Part shown: positions 39,995-50,533 of the stretch, piece by piece
How the letters are laid out: the number at the start of each line of letters is the position of its first letter
Numbering within the stretch: position 1 is the first letter of the stretch
Assembly: GCA_963740355.1 (NCBI GenBank)
Contig: CAVUDW010000003.1
Span: 32,001 to 96,000 of the forward strand
Direction: 5' to 3'
DNA: 64,000 nucleotides
Source: an uncultured Gemmatimonadaceae bacterium
GTDB taxonomy: Bacteria > Gemmatimonadota > Gemmatimonadetes > Gemmatimonadales > Gemmatimonadaceae
Notes under the pieces: model-generated
Database searches by the model: none
Seen by the model: the letters and a program-made list of their open reading frames with translations, nothing else
Told to the model about the DNA's origin: nothing
Made by a program: the position numbers and the translations under genes

Positions 39995-40033
39995 GGCGGC
40001 GGGTGCGGGAGAAAAACTCCGAGACCCGCCGCC
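39995..40033. terminator. GC-rich hairpin between convergent genes
   Basis: GGCGGCGGGT...ACCCGCCGCC outer stem plus inner GGAG/CTCC; no clear U-tract. Confidence 0.4.
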
Positions 40034-40042
40034 GCGCGCGGC

Positions 40043-42064
40043 CTACGCGGGCGGCACGCGCAGTTCCGGTTGCGTGGCGAGAACACGGAAGAAGTCGAGT
40101 GACTCCGGATTGGCCAGTGCGTCGGTGTTGTTCACAGCCCGGCCATGAATCACGTCGCGGACCGCGAGCTCCGTGATCTTGCCACTCACGGTGCGTGGCA
40201 AGTCGGGCACCGCAACGATCACCTTCGGCACGTGATGCGGGCTGGCCTCGTTGCGAATGCGGGTTCGAATCACCTGGCGCAACGTGTCGTCGAGCACGAC
40301 GCCCTCGCGCAAACGCACGAAAAGCACGATGCGAACATCGGGCGTACCATCGGCCACCACTTCCTGCCCGATCACCAGGCTTTCCAGTACCTCGGGCACC
40401 TGTTCCACCTGACGATAGATCTCGGCTGTGCCAATTCGCACGCCACCGGGATTGAGCGTGGCATCGCTGCGGCCAAGGATCATGAGACCATGGTTGGCAG
40501 TGCGTTGCGCCCAGTCACCGTGCCGCCAGACGCCGTCGAAGAACTCGAAGTACGCTGCGCGATACTTGCGGCCATCGGGATCATTCCAGAAACCAACCGG
40601 CATGCTGGGAAATGGTCGCGTGCACACCAGTTCGCCGGGCTTGCCGATGGTCGGATTGCCATCCGCGTCCCAGACCTCGACGGCCATGCCGAGGCCCAGA
40701 CACTGCAACTCTCCGCGAAACACGGGGAGTGTCGGTGCGCCGAGCGCGAAGCAGGAGATCAGATCGGTGCCACCACTGATGCTGCTCAGTCGCACTCTTG
40801 GTGACACGGCCTCCGCAACCCAGTCGTACGAGTGCTCGGCCAACGGACTGCCTGTGCTGTAGATCACTTCCAGCGATTGCAGGTCGAACCGACTGGCGGG
40901 CTCGTGACCAATCTTCTCCGCCATCGCGAGATACTTGGCGCTCGTGCCGAAGTGCGTGAGTTTCTCCTCCGCCGCCAGCCGCCAGAGGATGTTGGTCTCA
41001 CCCGGTGGAATCGGTGAGCCGTCGTAGAGCACCACGGTGCTGCCAACCGCCAGAGCGCTGACCAACCAGTTCCACATCATCCAACCGCAGGTCGTGTAGT
41101 AGAAGATCCTGCTGTCGCGTCGCAGGTCGCCGTGCAACACGTGTTCCTTGAAGTGTTGCAACAGCGTACCGCCGTGGCCATGGACGAGGCACTTCGGCAG
41201 CCCAGTGGTACCCGACGAATACATGATGAAGAGCGGGTGGTCGAATGCCACGCGGGTGACGGGCAATACGTCCTCCGGCTCATCGCGACCGAGGTCGCGC
41301 CATGCAATTGCATTGTCGATGCCGCGCAGTGACGGCTCGGCCTTGATGCAGGGTACGACGACCAGGTGTTGAACCGACGGCAGTTCGGCACAGAGTGCGC
41401 GGGCACGGTCCAGCGTCTCGATTGCGCGACCACCATAGCGGTAGCCATCGGTGGTAAAGAGCACCGTGGGCTCCACCTGCCCGAACCGATCGAGGACACC
41501 CTTGTGCCCGAAATCCGGTGAACAAGACGTCCACACTGCGCCAAGGACGGCCGTCGCGATCATCGCGATCACGGTCTCCGCGACGTTCGGCATGAAGGCG
41601 GCTACGCGATCGCCCTTCTTCACACCGATCGCCTTCAACCCCTGCGAGACTCGGGAGACCTCGGCGTAGAGCTCGGCATAGGTCCAGTTCCTGGTCCACC
41701 CGCGCTCGGTCCACGCCACGAGGGCGATTCGGTCGTCGCGGTGCTTGACGAGGTGTTCGCCGTAGTTGAGCCGCGCGTTCGGAAACCAGCGGGGGCCGGT
41801 CTCGGTGCCGGGCGGTTCCATGCGGTCCAGCGCCACACCAGCGGGCGACGACGGGTCGCCGCCGTCAATGGCCGAGGCCGATACGTCGCAGACGCGCCAC
41901 AGTTCGCGCCAGAAGGTGGCGCGCTCGCGCACCGACCAGGTGTGCAGGTGCGTGTAGTCGTCGCCCACCGAGGCGGCGCCGTGCGCGGCGCGCATCAGGT
42001 GGTGGAATCGCGCCAGCTGACTGTGCGCGGCGTGCCGCGGCTCCGGGGTCCAGACGGCCGTCAC
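40043..42064 (-). CDS. Acetoacetate-CoA ligase
   Basis: SCSPDFG, YSSGTTGLPKCLVH, YYTTCGWMMWNW, SISGGTD, GRSDATLNPGGVRIGTAEIY. Confidence 0.93.
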   Translation of the reverse strand: MTAVWTPEPRHAAHSQLARFHHLMRAAHGAASVGDDYTHLHTWSVRERATFWRELWRVCDVSASAIDGGDPSSPAGVALDRMEPPGTETGPRWFPNARLNYGEHLVKHRDDRIALVAWTERGWTRNWTYAELYAEVSRVSQGLKAIGVKKGDRVAAFMPNVAETVIAMIATAVLGAVWTSCSPDFGHKGVLDRFGQVEPTVLFTTDGYRYGGRAIETLDRARALCAELPSVQHLVVVPCIKAEPSLRGIDNAIAWRDLGRDEPEDVLPVTRVAFDHPLFIMYSSGTTGLPKCLVHGHGGTLLQHFKEHVLHGDLRRDSRIFYYTTCGWMMWNWLVSALAVGSTVVLYDGSPIPPGETNILWRLAAEEKLTHFGTSAKYLAMAEKIGHEPASRFDLQSLEVIYSTGSPLAEHSYDWVAEAVSPRVRLSSISGGTDLISCFALGAPTLPVFRGELQCLGLGMAVEVWDADGNPTIGKPGELVCTRPFPSMPVGFWNDPDGRKYRAAYFEFFDGVWRHGDWAQRTANHGLMILGRSDATLNPGGVRIGTAEIYRQVEQVPEVLESLVIGQEVVADGTPDVRIVLFVRLREGVVLDDTLRQVIRTRIRNEASPHHVPKVIVAVPDLPRTVSGKITELAVRDVIHGRAVNNTDALANPESLDFFRVLATQPELRVPPA

Positions 42065-42342
42065 GGTGCCACCGAATGTGCGCCGACGCCACAGTCAGGG
42101 GAGCCAGACGACCTCTTCCATACCAATCCGAGGGTTGTGACTCGGGACAGTGTGGGATTCATACCGCACTCATCCATTCAGATGAGTACGATCCAATAAT
42201 CGTATGTCGCTGTGTTGCAACCATTTAACCACCCAATGGATGAGCTTGAACTTTTGTTACGCCCAATGGTCGGGCTCGTCAATACCGCGTTGAGAGGCAC
42301 CCCTGCGCCACCGCGCGAAGACGCGCCCTGCGGCAAGGTTTC

Positions 42343-43167
42343 ATGCATCAATCCCGTTCGCTGCTGCTGTCCATCATGTGCACTCTCGGTGTCAGTTTGC
42401 CGTCAGTGCTCGAGGCACAAGAAGCAGCCGCTGCGTATTCCCTGCGCGGCATCCACTTCGCCACGCCGTTCATTCCGCCGTCGCTGGCGGCATCGAACGC
42501 AACGACGGTGCGCCTGCCGCTGGGCTACGACCTCGATTTCGATGTCGGCTCACGGACGCAAAACTACCTGCCGGAACTGCTCGTCGTGCGCGACTCCGTC
42601 GTTCGCCGCTGGGCCGATCGAATCGATGACCCGATTCGTGTCTGGATTCAGAAGCCGCAGGCACTCAACGCATGGGATGACGCATTCCCGGAGATGGCGA
42701 TGGAGGCGGTCGACGAGTGGTCGACCGTCGGCCTGCCACTGCGATTCAGCTTCGTGCGCGATTCCGCGGCTGCGGAGTTGGTCGTGCTGTGGACCGACCG
42801 ACTGGGCCAGGACGAAAGTGGCCGGACTGTGTGGTGGAGCACTTCCAAGGGCTGGATCACACGGGCACGGGTGACGCTCAGCACGCACGCCAGCGATGGC
42901 CTGCCGCAGACGCCTCGGGCACTGCGCGCTGTCGCGCTTCACGAGCTTGGCCATGCGCTGGGGCTCAGCCACACGGCAGACGCGCGCAACATCATGGCGC
43001 CGTGGGTCGAGGTTGCCGAGTTGAGCGATGCCGATCGCAACACCGCCACCCTGCTCTATCGGATGCCTGTCGGACGCGTGTCGGCCGGCGTCGAGGAAGC
43101 GGCACGAAGCGATGCGGGCGGCATGCAACGCCAAACGAGGGTGTCGCGAAGCGCGAATCCCGAGTAA
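42343..43167 (+). CDS. Matrixin-family (M10-like) secreted zinc metalloprotease
   Basis: Signal peptide; HELGHALGLSH and Met-turn NIMAP. Confidence 0.85.
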   Translation: MHQSRSLLLSIMCTLGVSLPSVLEAQEAAAAYSLRGIHFATPFIPPSLAASNATTVRLPLGYDLDFDVGSRTQNYLPELLVVRDSVVRRWADRIDDPIRVWIQKPQALNAWDDAFPEMAMEAVDEWSTVGLPLRFSFVRDSAAAELVVLWTDRLGQDESGRTVWWSTSKGWITRARVTLSTHASDGLPQTPRALRAVALHELGHALGLSHTADARNIMAPWVEVAELSDADRNTATLLYRMPVGRVSAGVEEAARSDAGGMQRQTRVSRSANPE

Positions 43168-43328
43168 TTCGCGTCTTCGTTGCAGGATCACGATGCCCGC
43201 CAGAGCGGGCATCGTGCGTTTCGGGCGGTACGCGCACGATGTCGCGGCACACGTCACGAGTCGGCCACACTCGGAGACAGCGCAATTCGGGACTCGCGCG
43301 CGACCGCGCACACTGCGAGCGTTCCCGT

Positions 43329-44360
43329 ATGTCAATCACTCGATTTGTGGTCGTTGCGGCGGCGCTGGCCCTTTTTCCCCAGCCACGCCGCGCGCCGGTC
43401 GACGCGCCGACGCGAGGGCGCCTGCCGGTCATCATCGGCCACCGCGGCGCGAGCGGCGACCGACCGGAGCACACGCTCGCCAGCTATTCGCTCGCGATTT
43501 CTGTCGGTGCCGACTACATCGAGCCGGACCTGGTCAGCACCAAGGACGGTATCCTCGTGGCACGCCACGAGAACGAGATTGGCGGCACGACCGACGTGGC
43601 GACGAAGTTTCCGGACCGGAAACGCACGCAGGTGATCGATGGCGATACGATCACCGGTTGGTGGACGGAGGACTTCACGCTTGCGGAGCTGAAGACCCTT
43701 CGTGCCCGGGAGCGTATCGCGTCTCGTGGGCACAGCTACGACGGGCAGTTCGAGATTGCCACGTTCGATGAGATCCTCGACCTGGCCGTGCGCCTCGGTC
43801 GAGAGCGTGGACGACCGGTGGGTGTGTACCCGGAGACGAAACACGCAGCGCATTTCCGGAAGCTTGGCCTGCCGATCGAGGAGAAGATGCTAGCCTCGCT
43901 GACGCGCGTGGGGTGGAACCGGCGCACGGCGCCCGTCTTCGTGCAGAGCTTCGAGATCAAGAGCCTGATTCGCCTGCGCCCCCTGACCTCCGTCCGATTG
44001 ATCCAGCTGGTGAACGTGACGAACCACCCGCCGGATTCTGCCGAGGTGACGTTTGCCTCGATGCAGACGCCGGCTGGGTTGCGTCGCCTGCGCCGCTACG
44101 CCGATGGCATCGGCGTGGCGAAGGAACTGATCCTCGACGCTGGGCCCGACGGGCAGCTGGTCGGGCCGACACCGCTGGTGCGGAACGCCCATGCCGCGGG
44201 CTTGCTGGTTCACATCTGGACCATCCGGCGCGATAGCCCGTTCCTCCCTGCGATGTGGAAGGGCGACGCGGATGCCGAACTGCGGGCCTTTGCGAAGGCA
44301 GGCGTGGACGGGTTCTTCACCGACTTTCCGGCCTACGCCGTGCGTGCCCTCCGGCCGTAA
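43329..44360 (+). CDS. Glycerophosphodiester phosphodiesterase
   Basis: IIGHRGASG.RPEHT, IEPDLV.TKDG, YPETKH, QSFE, DGFFTDFP. Start set at MSITRF. Confidence 0.92.
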   Translation: MSITRFVVVAAALALFPQPRRAPVDAPTRGRLPVIIGHRGASGDRPEHTLASYSLAISVGADYIEPDLVSTKDGILVARHENEIGGTTDVATKFPDRKRTQVIDGDTITGWWTEDFTLAELKTLRARERIASRGHSYDGQFEIATFDEILDLAVRLGRERGRPVGVYPETKHAAHFRKLGLPIEEKMLASLTRVGWNRRTAPVFVQSFEIKSLIRLRPLTSVRLIQLVNVTNHPPDSAEVTFASMQTPAGLRRLRRYADGIGVAKELILDAGPDGQLVGPTPLVRNAHAAGLLVHIWTIRRDSPFLPAMWKGDADAELRAFAKAGVDGFFTDFPAYAVRALRP

Positions 44361-44419
44361 GGGCGATTGCGGCTGGAAGGCTGGCGCGGACCGCCGCACC
44401 AACTGATACAATTGCCAGC

Positions 44420-46273
44420 ATGTGGATCCTCATTCTCCCAATGCTGGCGCAGGTCCCCGAGGCCCGAATGGTCCTCGAGGCGGAGCAGGCGCGCGCGATC
44501 GGTGTGCCCTCGCTCCTCGCCGCGGCCGGCAGCCGCACCGTCACATCGCAGCGGCTCGCAGCCCGAGCGCTCGGCCGGCTCGAAAACCCCGCGCATCGCG
44601 ATGCCTTGGTGCCCCTGCTCTCGTCGCCGTCGGTACCGGTGAGAATTGCGGCGGTCGGTGCGCTGGCACAGATGCGCGTGCCATACGACTATGCCGCGCT
44701 CCTCGGCAGCGAGAAGGACCCTGCCGTCCGCGCCGTCATTCACGAAGCGATCGGGCGCGCAACGCCAGTCAACGACAGTACCGAGCTGCTCCTCGCCCGA
44801 GGCCTCACCGATCCTGATGCGGCAGTGCGCACGGGTGCGGCGCGCGGCCTCGAGTCACTGGTGCGGCTCAATGCGAGAACGCGTCAGGTCTCCGCCGGCA
44901 CCGTTGCGGCGCTCCGGCGCGCATTCGCCGCCAACTCTGGCGAAGAGATCCGGGAGCTGACACTGCTGGCGCTCAATGGGGCCGGCGATCGGGACTCGAC
45001 CACGCTTTCCCTCGCACTGGTGGATCCGAGTCCGCTGGTCAAGCGATTGGGCGTGATCGGCTCGAAGCGCTGGATCAACGACACCTCCGCCATCGTCCGC
45101 TACCAGTCGCTGGTTGCATCGGGTAGTTGTGAACGTGCGGTTCGCGCAGTGAGTGACGAGAGCGATCATGTGTCACTGGCGGCGATCGACATGCTCGGTG
45201 CAAGGAAGTGCGACGCCGCACCGATCGTGGCGCAGTTGCAGTCTGGCCGCAGCTGGCGACACAGGGCGCACGCAATCGTCGCGCTGACGGCGGTGGACCT
45301 GGCGCAGGCGCAGCGTGCACTCGGCGGCATGCGCAGTGACACGATCTGGCAGGTGCGTGCCTATGTCGCACAGGCAGCCAGGGTGGTGCGCGACTCCGCC
45401 GTCCTGGCCGTGCTTTCGCGCGATCCGAATCCGAATGTGGCGATCGCCGCGATGACCACGCTCGACGATGCCATGTTCGCGCTTCGGAGCGATCACGCCG
45501 GCCTGCTGCTCGCGGCCGCTGAGCGCCTGAAGGGCGCCGCCGACCTGAAGGAGCGGCTGCCGCGCCTGGTGGGGACGTTCAACCGGCTGACGGCGAATGG
45601 CAGCATGACGATGCGCGACCCTCGCGTGGCGTTGCTGACGCGCATCGGTGAAGCACCCGACACGACCACGAATGTCTTCCTCCGTGATGTGCTCTACGAT
45701 CGTGATCCAGCGGTGGCGGCACTTGCGTCGTCGATCCTGACCTCGCGCACGAAGCGGAACGAGCCACCGACCACGCTGTCGCTCCCGATCCCACCGATCC
45801 CATCAGCCGACTACATCCGCGGCCTGTCAGGCGCCACGGCGCGCATCACGATGAAGGGCCTCGGCACGATGACGGTCGAATTGCTGACGGACGACGCGCC
45901 GGTGACCGTTGGCGTCTTCGCACAGCTGGCCGAAGCCGGCCAATACAATGGCCTCACCTTCCATCGGATCGTGCCCAACTTCGTGATTCAGGGCGGCAGC
46001 CCCGGCGCCGACGAATACGATGGCCGCACCCGCGAATTCATGCGCGACGAGGTCGGCATGCCGCGCAATCTTCGCGGCACGATCGGTATCTCGACCCGCG
46101 GACGCGACACCGGTGACGGACAGATCTACTTCAACCTCGTCGACAACTTCCGACTCGATCGCGACTACACGGTGATGGCCCGGATGGTCACGGGCCTCAG
46201 CGTGATGGATCGCGTCCAGGAAGGCGACGTGATCGAGCGGATCGAGATCATCAGGACGTCACGACCGCGGTAG
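44420..46273 (+). CDS. HEAT-repeat protein fused to cyclophilin-type peptidyl-prolyl isomerase
   Basis: Repeated VR..AA.AL helices; C-terminal FHRIVPNFVIQGG, GRDTGDGQIYFNL..N.RLD. Confidence 0.87.
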   Translation: MWILILPMLAQVPEARMVLEAEQARAIGVPSLLAAAGSRTVTSQRLAARALGRLENPAHRDALVPLLSSPSVPVRIAAVGALAQMRVPYDYAALLGSEKDPAVRAVIHEAIGRATPVNDSTELLLARGLTDPDAAVRTGAARGLESLVRLNARTRQVSAGTVAALRRAFAANSGEEIRELTLLALNGAGDRDSTTLSLALVDPSPLVKRLGVIGSKRWINDTSAIVRYQSLVASGSCERAVRAVSDESDHVSLAAIDMLGARKCDAAPIVAQLQSGRSWRHRAHAIVALTAVDLAQAQRALGGMRSDTIWQVRAYVAQAARVVRDSAVLAVLSRDPNPNVAIAAMTTLDDAMFALRSDHAGLLLAAAERLKGAADLKERLPRLVGTFNRLTANGSMTMRDPRVALLTRIGEAPDTTTNVFLRDVLYDRDPAVAALASSILTSRTKRNEPPTTLSLPIPPIPSADYIRGLSGATARITMKGLGTMTVELLTDDAPVTVGVFAQLAEAGQYNGLTFHRIVPNFVIQGGSPGADEYDGRTREFMRDEVGMPRNLRGTIGISTRGRDTGDGQIYFNLVDNFRLDRDYTVMARMVTGLSVMDRVQEGDVIERIEIIRTSRPR

Positions 46274-47617
46274 TCATTTCACGCGCTTGCCGCCCTGAAT
46301 GACCACCTTCACGTCACGCATGACGGTCATGTCGGTCAGCGGGTCGCCGCGCACGAGGATGATGTCGGCAAATCGCCCCGGCGCGAGCACACCGAAGTTG
46401 GCTTCGTTCCGGAGGAAGCGTGCAGGCCAGAGTGTGGCGCTCTGGATCGTTTCCATCGGCGAGACACCCAGCTCGACCCACTTGGCCATCTCGCGCCAGG
46501 TGGCGTCGTTGTGGAACATGCTTGGAATGCCGGCGTCGGTGCCGATCATCATGCGGACGCCCGACTGACGGAGCTGCGCAAACTTCGTCGAGAGCAGCGG
46601 AATGCGTGACGGGAACAGCGCGTAGTAACCGAGGTGTGGAATCTGGTCGAGCGATTTCCGGATTTCGCGCCACATGTCATCCGGCATGAACTCGTGCCAC
46701 GCCGGATCGTCGATGCGTTCGGGGAAGATGCTGCCGGTGAAATACATCGTGTACAGCGGCGAGATCGTCGGCGTCCAGTACAGCCCTGAATTCCGCTCCC
46801 GCATCTTCTGGAGAATGTCCTCGGGATAACCCGGTGCCGTGCCCAGCCCAGTGTGCTCGAAGTTGTCGACATTGAACTTCAGCCCGACGCGGATCTCTTC
46901 CATGCGGTGCGCGTGCGCGACCACCTGCTTGCCACGCTTGTGCGCCGTCTCGACGACGGCCTGCACCTCTGCCTCGGTCATCTGGTCCTGGTCGATCAGC
47001 TTGATCATGTCGACACCGGCATCGAGCAGCTGCGTGACCCGACGACGCGCATCATCCGCACCATTCACGCCCCAGCGGAATGGCTTCTCGTACTCTTCGT
47101 AGGCTTCGTGCTGGATGAACGGCCCGGTCACGAACAGGCGCGGGCCAGGAATTTCACCCGATGCAATCCGACGCTTGACGCTGATGATGTCGTCGAGACG
47201 CGCTCCAAGGTCGCGCGCCGTGGTGACGCCAGCGCTGAGCAGCTGTCGCGCCGCAATCGGCATCACGACCGACGCGTCGCGAGTCCCGTACAACTCGTCC
47301 CAGCGCTTGTAGTCGCCGTGCCCAAGGATGTGCAGATGCACATGCATGTCGATCAGGCCTGGCATTACGGTGTGGCCGTTGGCGTCGATCACCGTCGCAC
47401 CTTGCGGCACGGCGAGGATGCCTTCGCGGCCAACGGCCACGATCTTTTCGCCGGCGATGAGAATTACACCATTCTCGATCACCGGCCCGCCGTAGCCGTC
47501 AATGATGCGCCCACCGACGATGGCCATGGTGACGCGCGGTGCGGCCTGCGCCGCCATGGTGCCGTGCGCGCCGAGCAGCGAGCACAGTATCGCAACTGCT
47601 CGACGCGCGACACGCAT
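46274..47617 (-). CDS. Secreted amidohydrolase (prolidase-like)
   Basis: Signal peptide; PGLIDMHVH, AHAH, EH, GTDAG, G.FADI motifs; TGATG coupling with the M14 gene. Confidence 0.88.
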   Translation of the reverse strand: MRVARRAVAILCSLLGAHGTMAAQAAPRVTMAIVGGRIIDGYGGPVIENGVILIAGEKIVAVGREGILAVPQGATVIDANGHTVMPGLIDMHVHLHILGHGDYKRWDELYGTRDASVVMPIAARQLLSAGVTTARDLGARLDDIISVKRRIASGEIPGPRLFVTGPFIQHEAYEEYEKPFRWGVNGADDARRRVTQLLDAGVDMIKLIDQDQMTEAEVQAVVETAHKRGKQVVAHAHRMEEIRVGLKFNVDNFEHTGLGTAPGYPEDILQKMRERNSGLYWTPTISPLYTMYFTGSIFPERIDDPAWHEFMPDDMWREIRKSLDQIPHLGYYALFPSRIPLLSTKFAQLRQSGVRMMIGTDAGIPSMFHNDATWREMAKWVELGVSPMETIQSATLWPARFLRNEANFGVLAPGRFADIILVRGDPLTDMTVMRDVKVVIQGGKRVK

Positions 47618-50475
47618 CAGCGATTGCCTCGCGTGCCCGGGCGCGCAGCGGTGGCAGCCGTCGGCGCCTTGCCGAGGGCATTCCAGTTCGCGATCGCGTT
47701 GAACGCCAGCGCCATCGCGCCCTGGTTCTGCCAGCGGTACCACGGTCGCGTTCCCATCAGGATCACGTGGCCGGCGCCAACCGGCGCGTCGATCACGGCG
47801 GCCCGACCCGCCATTTCACCACCGGCTGCGATGAGACCGGAAAGCAGCAGCGAATCGGCATTCTGCGCCCACCGCACCACGACCTTGGCGCGCGCACGCT
47901 CGGTCTCGGCCAGCACCGCCGCATCCACCGGCTTGCCCCCGATACCCATCGCGGGACCGGCCGGCGCTGCTGGCGCGGCACCACCGCCGCCACCGCCACC
48001 ACCGAATCCACCACCACCAACCTGCAACACCGGCGCCTGCGAGAAGAAGAGGGGGAAGTTCTTCTTGTCGTAGCCATACAGCATCGGGTGTGTCGCCGTC
48101 ACGACTTCACCGCGGAACACGCCACCACGGGCGCGCAGGTTCGGCGTGTCGACCGCGGAGACCTGCGAATGGAAGCCCATGTCGGCGATGAACTTGGCCG
48201 TGCCGCCCTCCGTCACCAGCAGGCCACCGCGTTCGACGAATCGACGCAGCGCGAGCAGGCCATCGAAGCCCATCCCCGGACGCACATCATCCGTCTCGTC
48301 GACGCTGCCAAGCTGCGGCGTTTCCGCTGACTTCTTCCACGGCACCGCCGGGCCAGCCATCGAGCGCCCGTTGAGCAGCGTGGCGGCGTTCGCGCCGACG
48401 TGCGGATAGATCACGACATCGAACCTGTCGAGCACACCAGCGGTGTGAATTTCCTGCTCCGAGATACCGGTGTACGGCACGCCAAGGCGCTCGAAGGCAT
48501 AGCGCACCCACCCTTCGTCCTGCGTCGAGGTCCAGGAGTGCATGATCGCGACACGCGGCAGCGTGAGCGCGTGTGTTGCGACAGTCGGTTCCGCAGCCGC
48601 AATCGCTCCCATGCCGAGTGACGCGACGGCAGCACGCACCGCCGGCGCATCGGTCATGATGAAGGTGCCGGCCGGGTACGACGTCCCGCCCACGGTGAAG
48701 CTGCTGTCGGCGACGCGCACGCGTGCGCCGGCAACCTTCCACGGCAGGATCGACGACCGCCAGTCACCGAGATGTGGCACGACCAGCGAGCCGCCGGCAC
48801 CAGCGATCGTGCCAGTCACCACGGCATCGGTCGTCAACAGCCGCATCGGCTTCGAGAAGATCGTCGAGTCGGCGATCTTGAGCGTGCTCACATGGCGCAA
48901 GAGATCCATGGTCCAGCCGGTGTCGTCGTACGGCTGTGGATCGGAGGGCTTGAAGCTCTGCACACCGAGGACGGTGCGCGGGAACTGCGTGTACGGCTGG
49001 TCGAGGCGCACGATCCAGTCGCCAGCGGCAACCTTCACCGAGTCCTTGCCAGCCGTGAGCGTGAACGCCTCGCTCGCCTCGTGCACTTCGGTGCCCTGCG
49101 TTCGGAACAGGTTGACCATGTCAGCCGCTTCGGCCGCATGGCGCTGGCCGCGTGGCACCACGAATGCATACGGCGCCTCGCGCTTTCCGCGCGCGATGGC
49201 GCGCTCGGCCTTCGTCACTGCATTCTCGAGATAGTTCGCACGATTCTCGGCCACCGAGCGGAGGGCGATCAACACACCCGACTGCTGGTAGTTGATGTTC
49301 GATCGAATGCACCACTTGATCCCGTTGACTGGCGGGTTGGGGCGGTACCACTGCACCGACGTCGCGGTGGCCGGCAGCTGCACGTTGTTGATGCAGTCGG
49401 CACCGCTGGAGGTGTACGTCTCGTAGAAGCGGCCGATCGAGTTGTGCAGGTTCGCGATCGAGAGACCATAGTTCGGCGCCCACCCATCGTAGAACTGATA
49501 GGTGAACACGCCTGGCAATCCGCGCCGCGTCAGCTCGGTGATCTCGGTGTAGGAGAGCTGGAACCACTCATCGATCTGGATCGCGTCGTATTCGGTGTTG
49601 TAGGGGCCGGTGCCGGTGCTGGTGTAGAGGAACGGCACCGACTCGTGCAAGTCGTGCGTGACCGTCGGGCGCCACTCGAGGAAGTTCTTGAGGAACGAAC
49701 GCGTCAGCTCGAGTGTCAGGGCCATGCCATCGCGGTTGTTATCGTGCGCGACGTACTTGCCCCAATACGGCAGTCCGACACCGGCCGTCGCCGGCAGGTT
49801 CAGCTTGCGGTTCTGCTGGTAGAAGTCGATGTAGTGATCACGGCCATCCACTTCCCAGACCGGAATGATCATGGTGATCACATTCTCGCGAATCTTCTTG
49901 ATCTGCTCCCCTTCGTCGACCGCCAGGCGATAGAGCATCTCGATCATCGCTTCCGGGCTGCCGGTCTCGGTGGAGTGCAGCGAGCCGCTGAGCAGATAGA
50001 TCGGCTTGCCCCTCTTGATCAAGTCGGCCCGGTCAGCGGCGGAAAGCCCGCGCGGATCGGTGAGCTTGCGCAGGATCGCCTTGTAGTCGTCGAGGTGCGC
50101 GATGGTGTTTTCATCGGCGATGATGGCCGCCACCATCTCGCGCCCCTCTTCCGACTTGCCGAGGCTGATGACCTGGACTCGATCACTGGCGGCATCGACG
50201 GCGCGATAATACTTCGCAGCCTCGGTGCTGTAGGCGAGCCGGCCGATCGTGCCGGGCACGTAGCCGAGAAACTGCAGTGGTGTCGGCACCTTGGACGAGG
50301 ATGGCAGGTAGTCCACCATCTCGGTGCTGAACTTGTACTGCGGATGCGTCGGGGTGAGTTCGAGGATTCGCGCGGTGTAGGCGGAGTCGATCGCCTGGCT
50401 GCCGCGTTGTGCCGACAGTGGAGCGAGAGGTGCAGCCGCGATGGCCGCGATGACGAGGCCGAGCAGACGTCGCAT
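47617..50475 (-). CDS. Secreted M14-family zinc carboxypeptidase with C-terminal GATase-like region
   Basis: Signal peptide; LHSTE, HDNNRD, HDLHE zinc-site motifs; Gly-rich insert near the C-terminus. Confidence 0.85.
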   Translation of the reverse strand: MRRLLGLVIAAIAAAPLAPLSAQRGSQAIDSAYTARILELTPTHPQYKFSTEMVDYLPSSSKVPTPLQFLGYVPGTIGRLAYSTEAAKYYRAVDAASDRVQVISLGKSEEGREMVAAIIADENTIAHLDDYKAILRKLTDPRGLSAADRADLIKRGKPIYLLSGSLHSTETGSPEAMIEMLYRLAVDEGEQIKKIRENVITMIIPVWEVDGRDHYIDFYQQNRKLNLPATAGVGLPYWGKYVAHDNNRDGMALTLELTRSFLKNFLEWRPTVTHDLHESVPFLYTSTGTGPYNTEYDAIQIDEWFQLSYTEITELTRRGLPGVFTYQFYDGWAPNYGLSIANLHNSIGRFYETYTSSGADCINNVQLPATATSVQWYRPNPPVNGIKWCIRSNINYQQSGVLIALRSVAENRANYLENAVTKAERAIARGKREAPYAFVVPRGQRHAAEAADMVNLFRTQGTEVHEASEAFTLTAGKDSVKVAAGDWIVRLDQPYTQFPRTVLGVQSFKPSDPQPYDDTGWTMDLLRHVSTLKIADSTIFSKPMRLLTTDAVVTGTIAGAGGSLVVPHLGDWRSSILPWKVAGARVRVADSSFTVGGTSYPAGTFIMTDAPAVRAAVASLGMGAIAAAEPTVATHALTLPRVAIMHSWTSTQDEGWVRYAFERLGVPYTGISEQEIHTAGVLDRFDVVIYPHVGANAATLLNGRSMAGPAVPWKKSAETPQLGSVDETDDVRPGMGFDGLLALRRFVERGGLLVTEGGTAKFIADMGFHSQVSAVDTPNLRARGGVFRGEVVTATHPMLYGYDKKNFPLFFSQAPVLQVGGGGFGGGGGGGGAAPAAPAGPAMGIGGKPVDAAVLAETERARAKVVVRWAQNADSLLLSGLIAAGGEMAGRAAVIDAPVGAGHVILMGTRPWYRWQNQGAMALAFNAIANWNALGKAPTAATAARPGTRGNR

Positions 50476-50533
50476 TGGGGAGATGGGCAGGAGTTGCGGA
50501 GACTACGCCGCGTGAGGGGAAGTCGCTGAAGTT

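Noticed and set aside
42065..42342. Lower-GC intergenic stretch as ncRNA or foreign DNA
   Set aside because: It lies between divergent genes, consistent with an ordinary promoter region; no recognisable RNA motif.
47980..48020. (CCA/CCG)n microsatellite
   Set aside because: It encodes a Gly-rich linker within the M14 peptidase.
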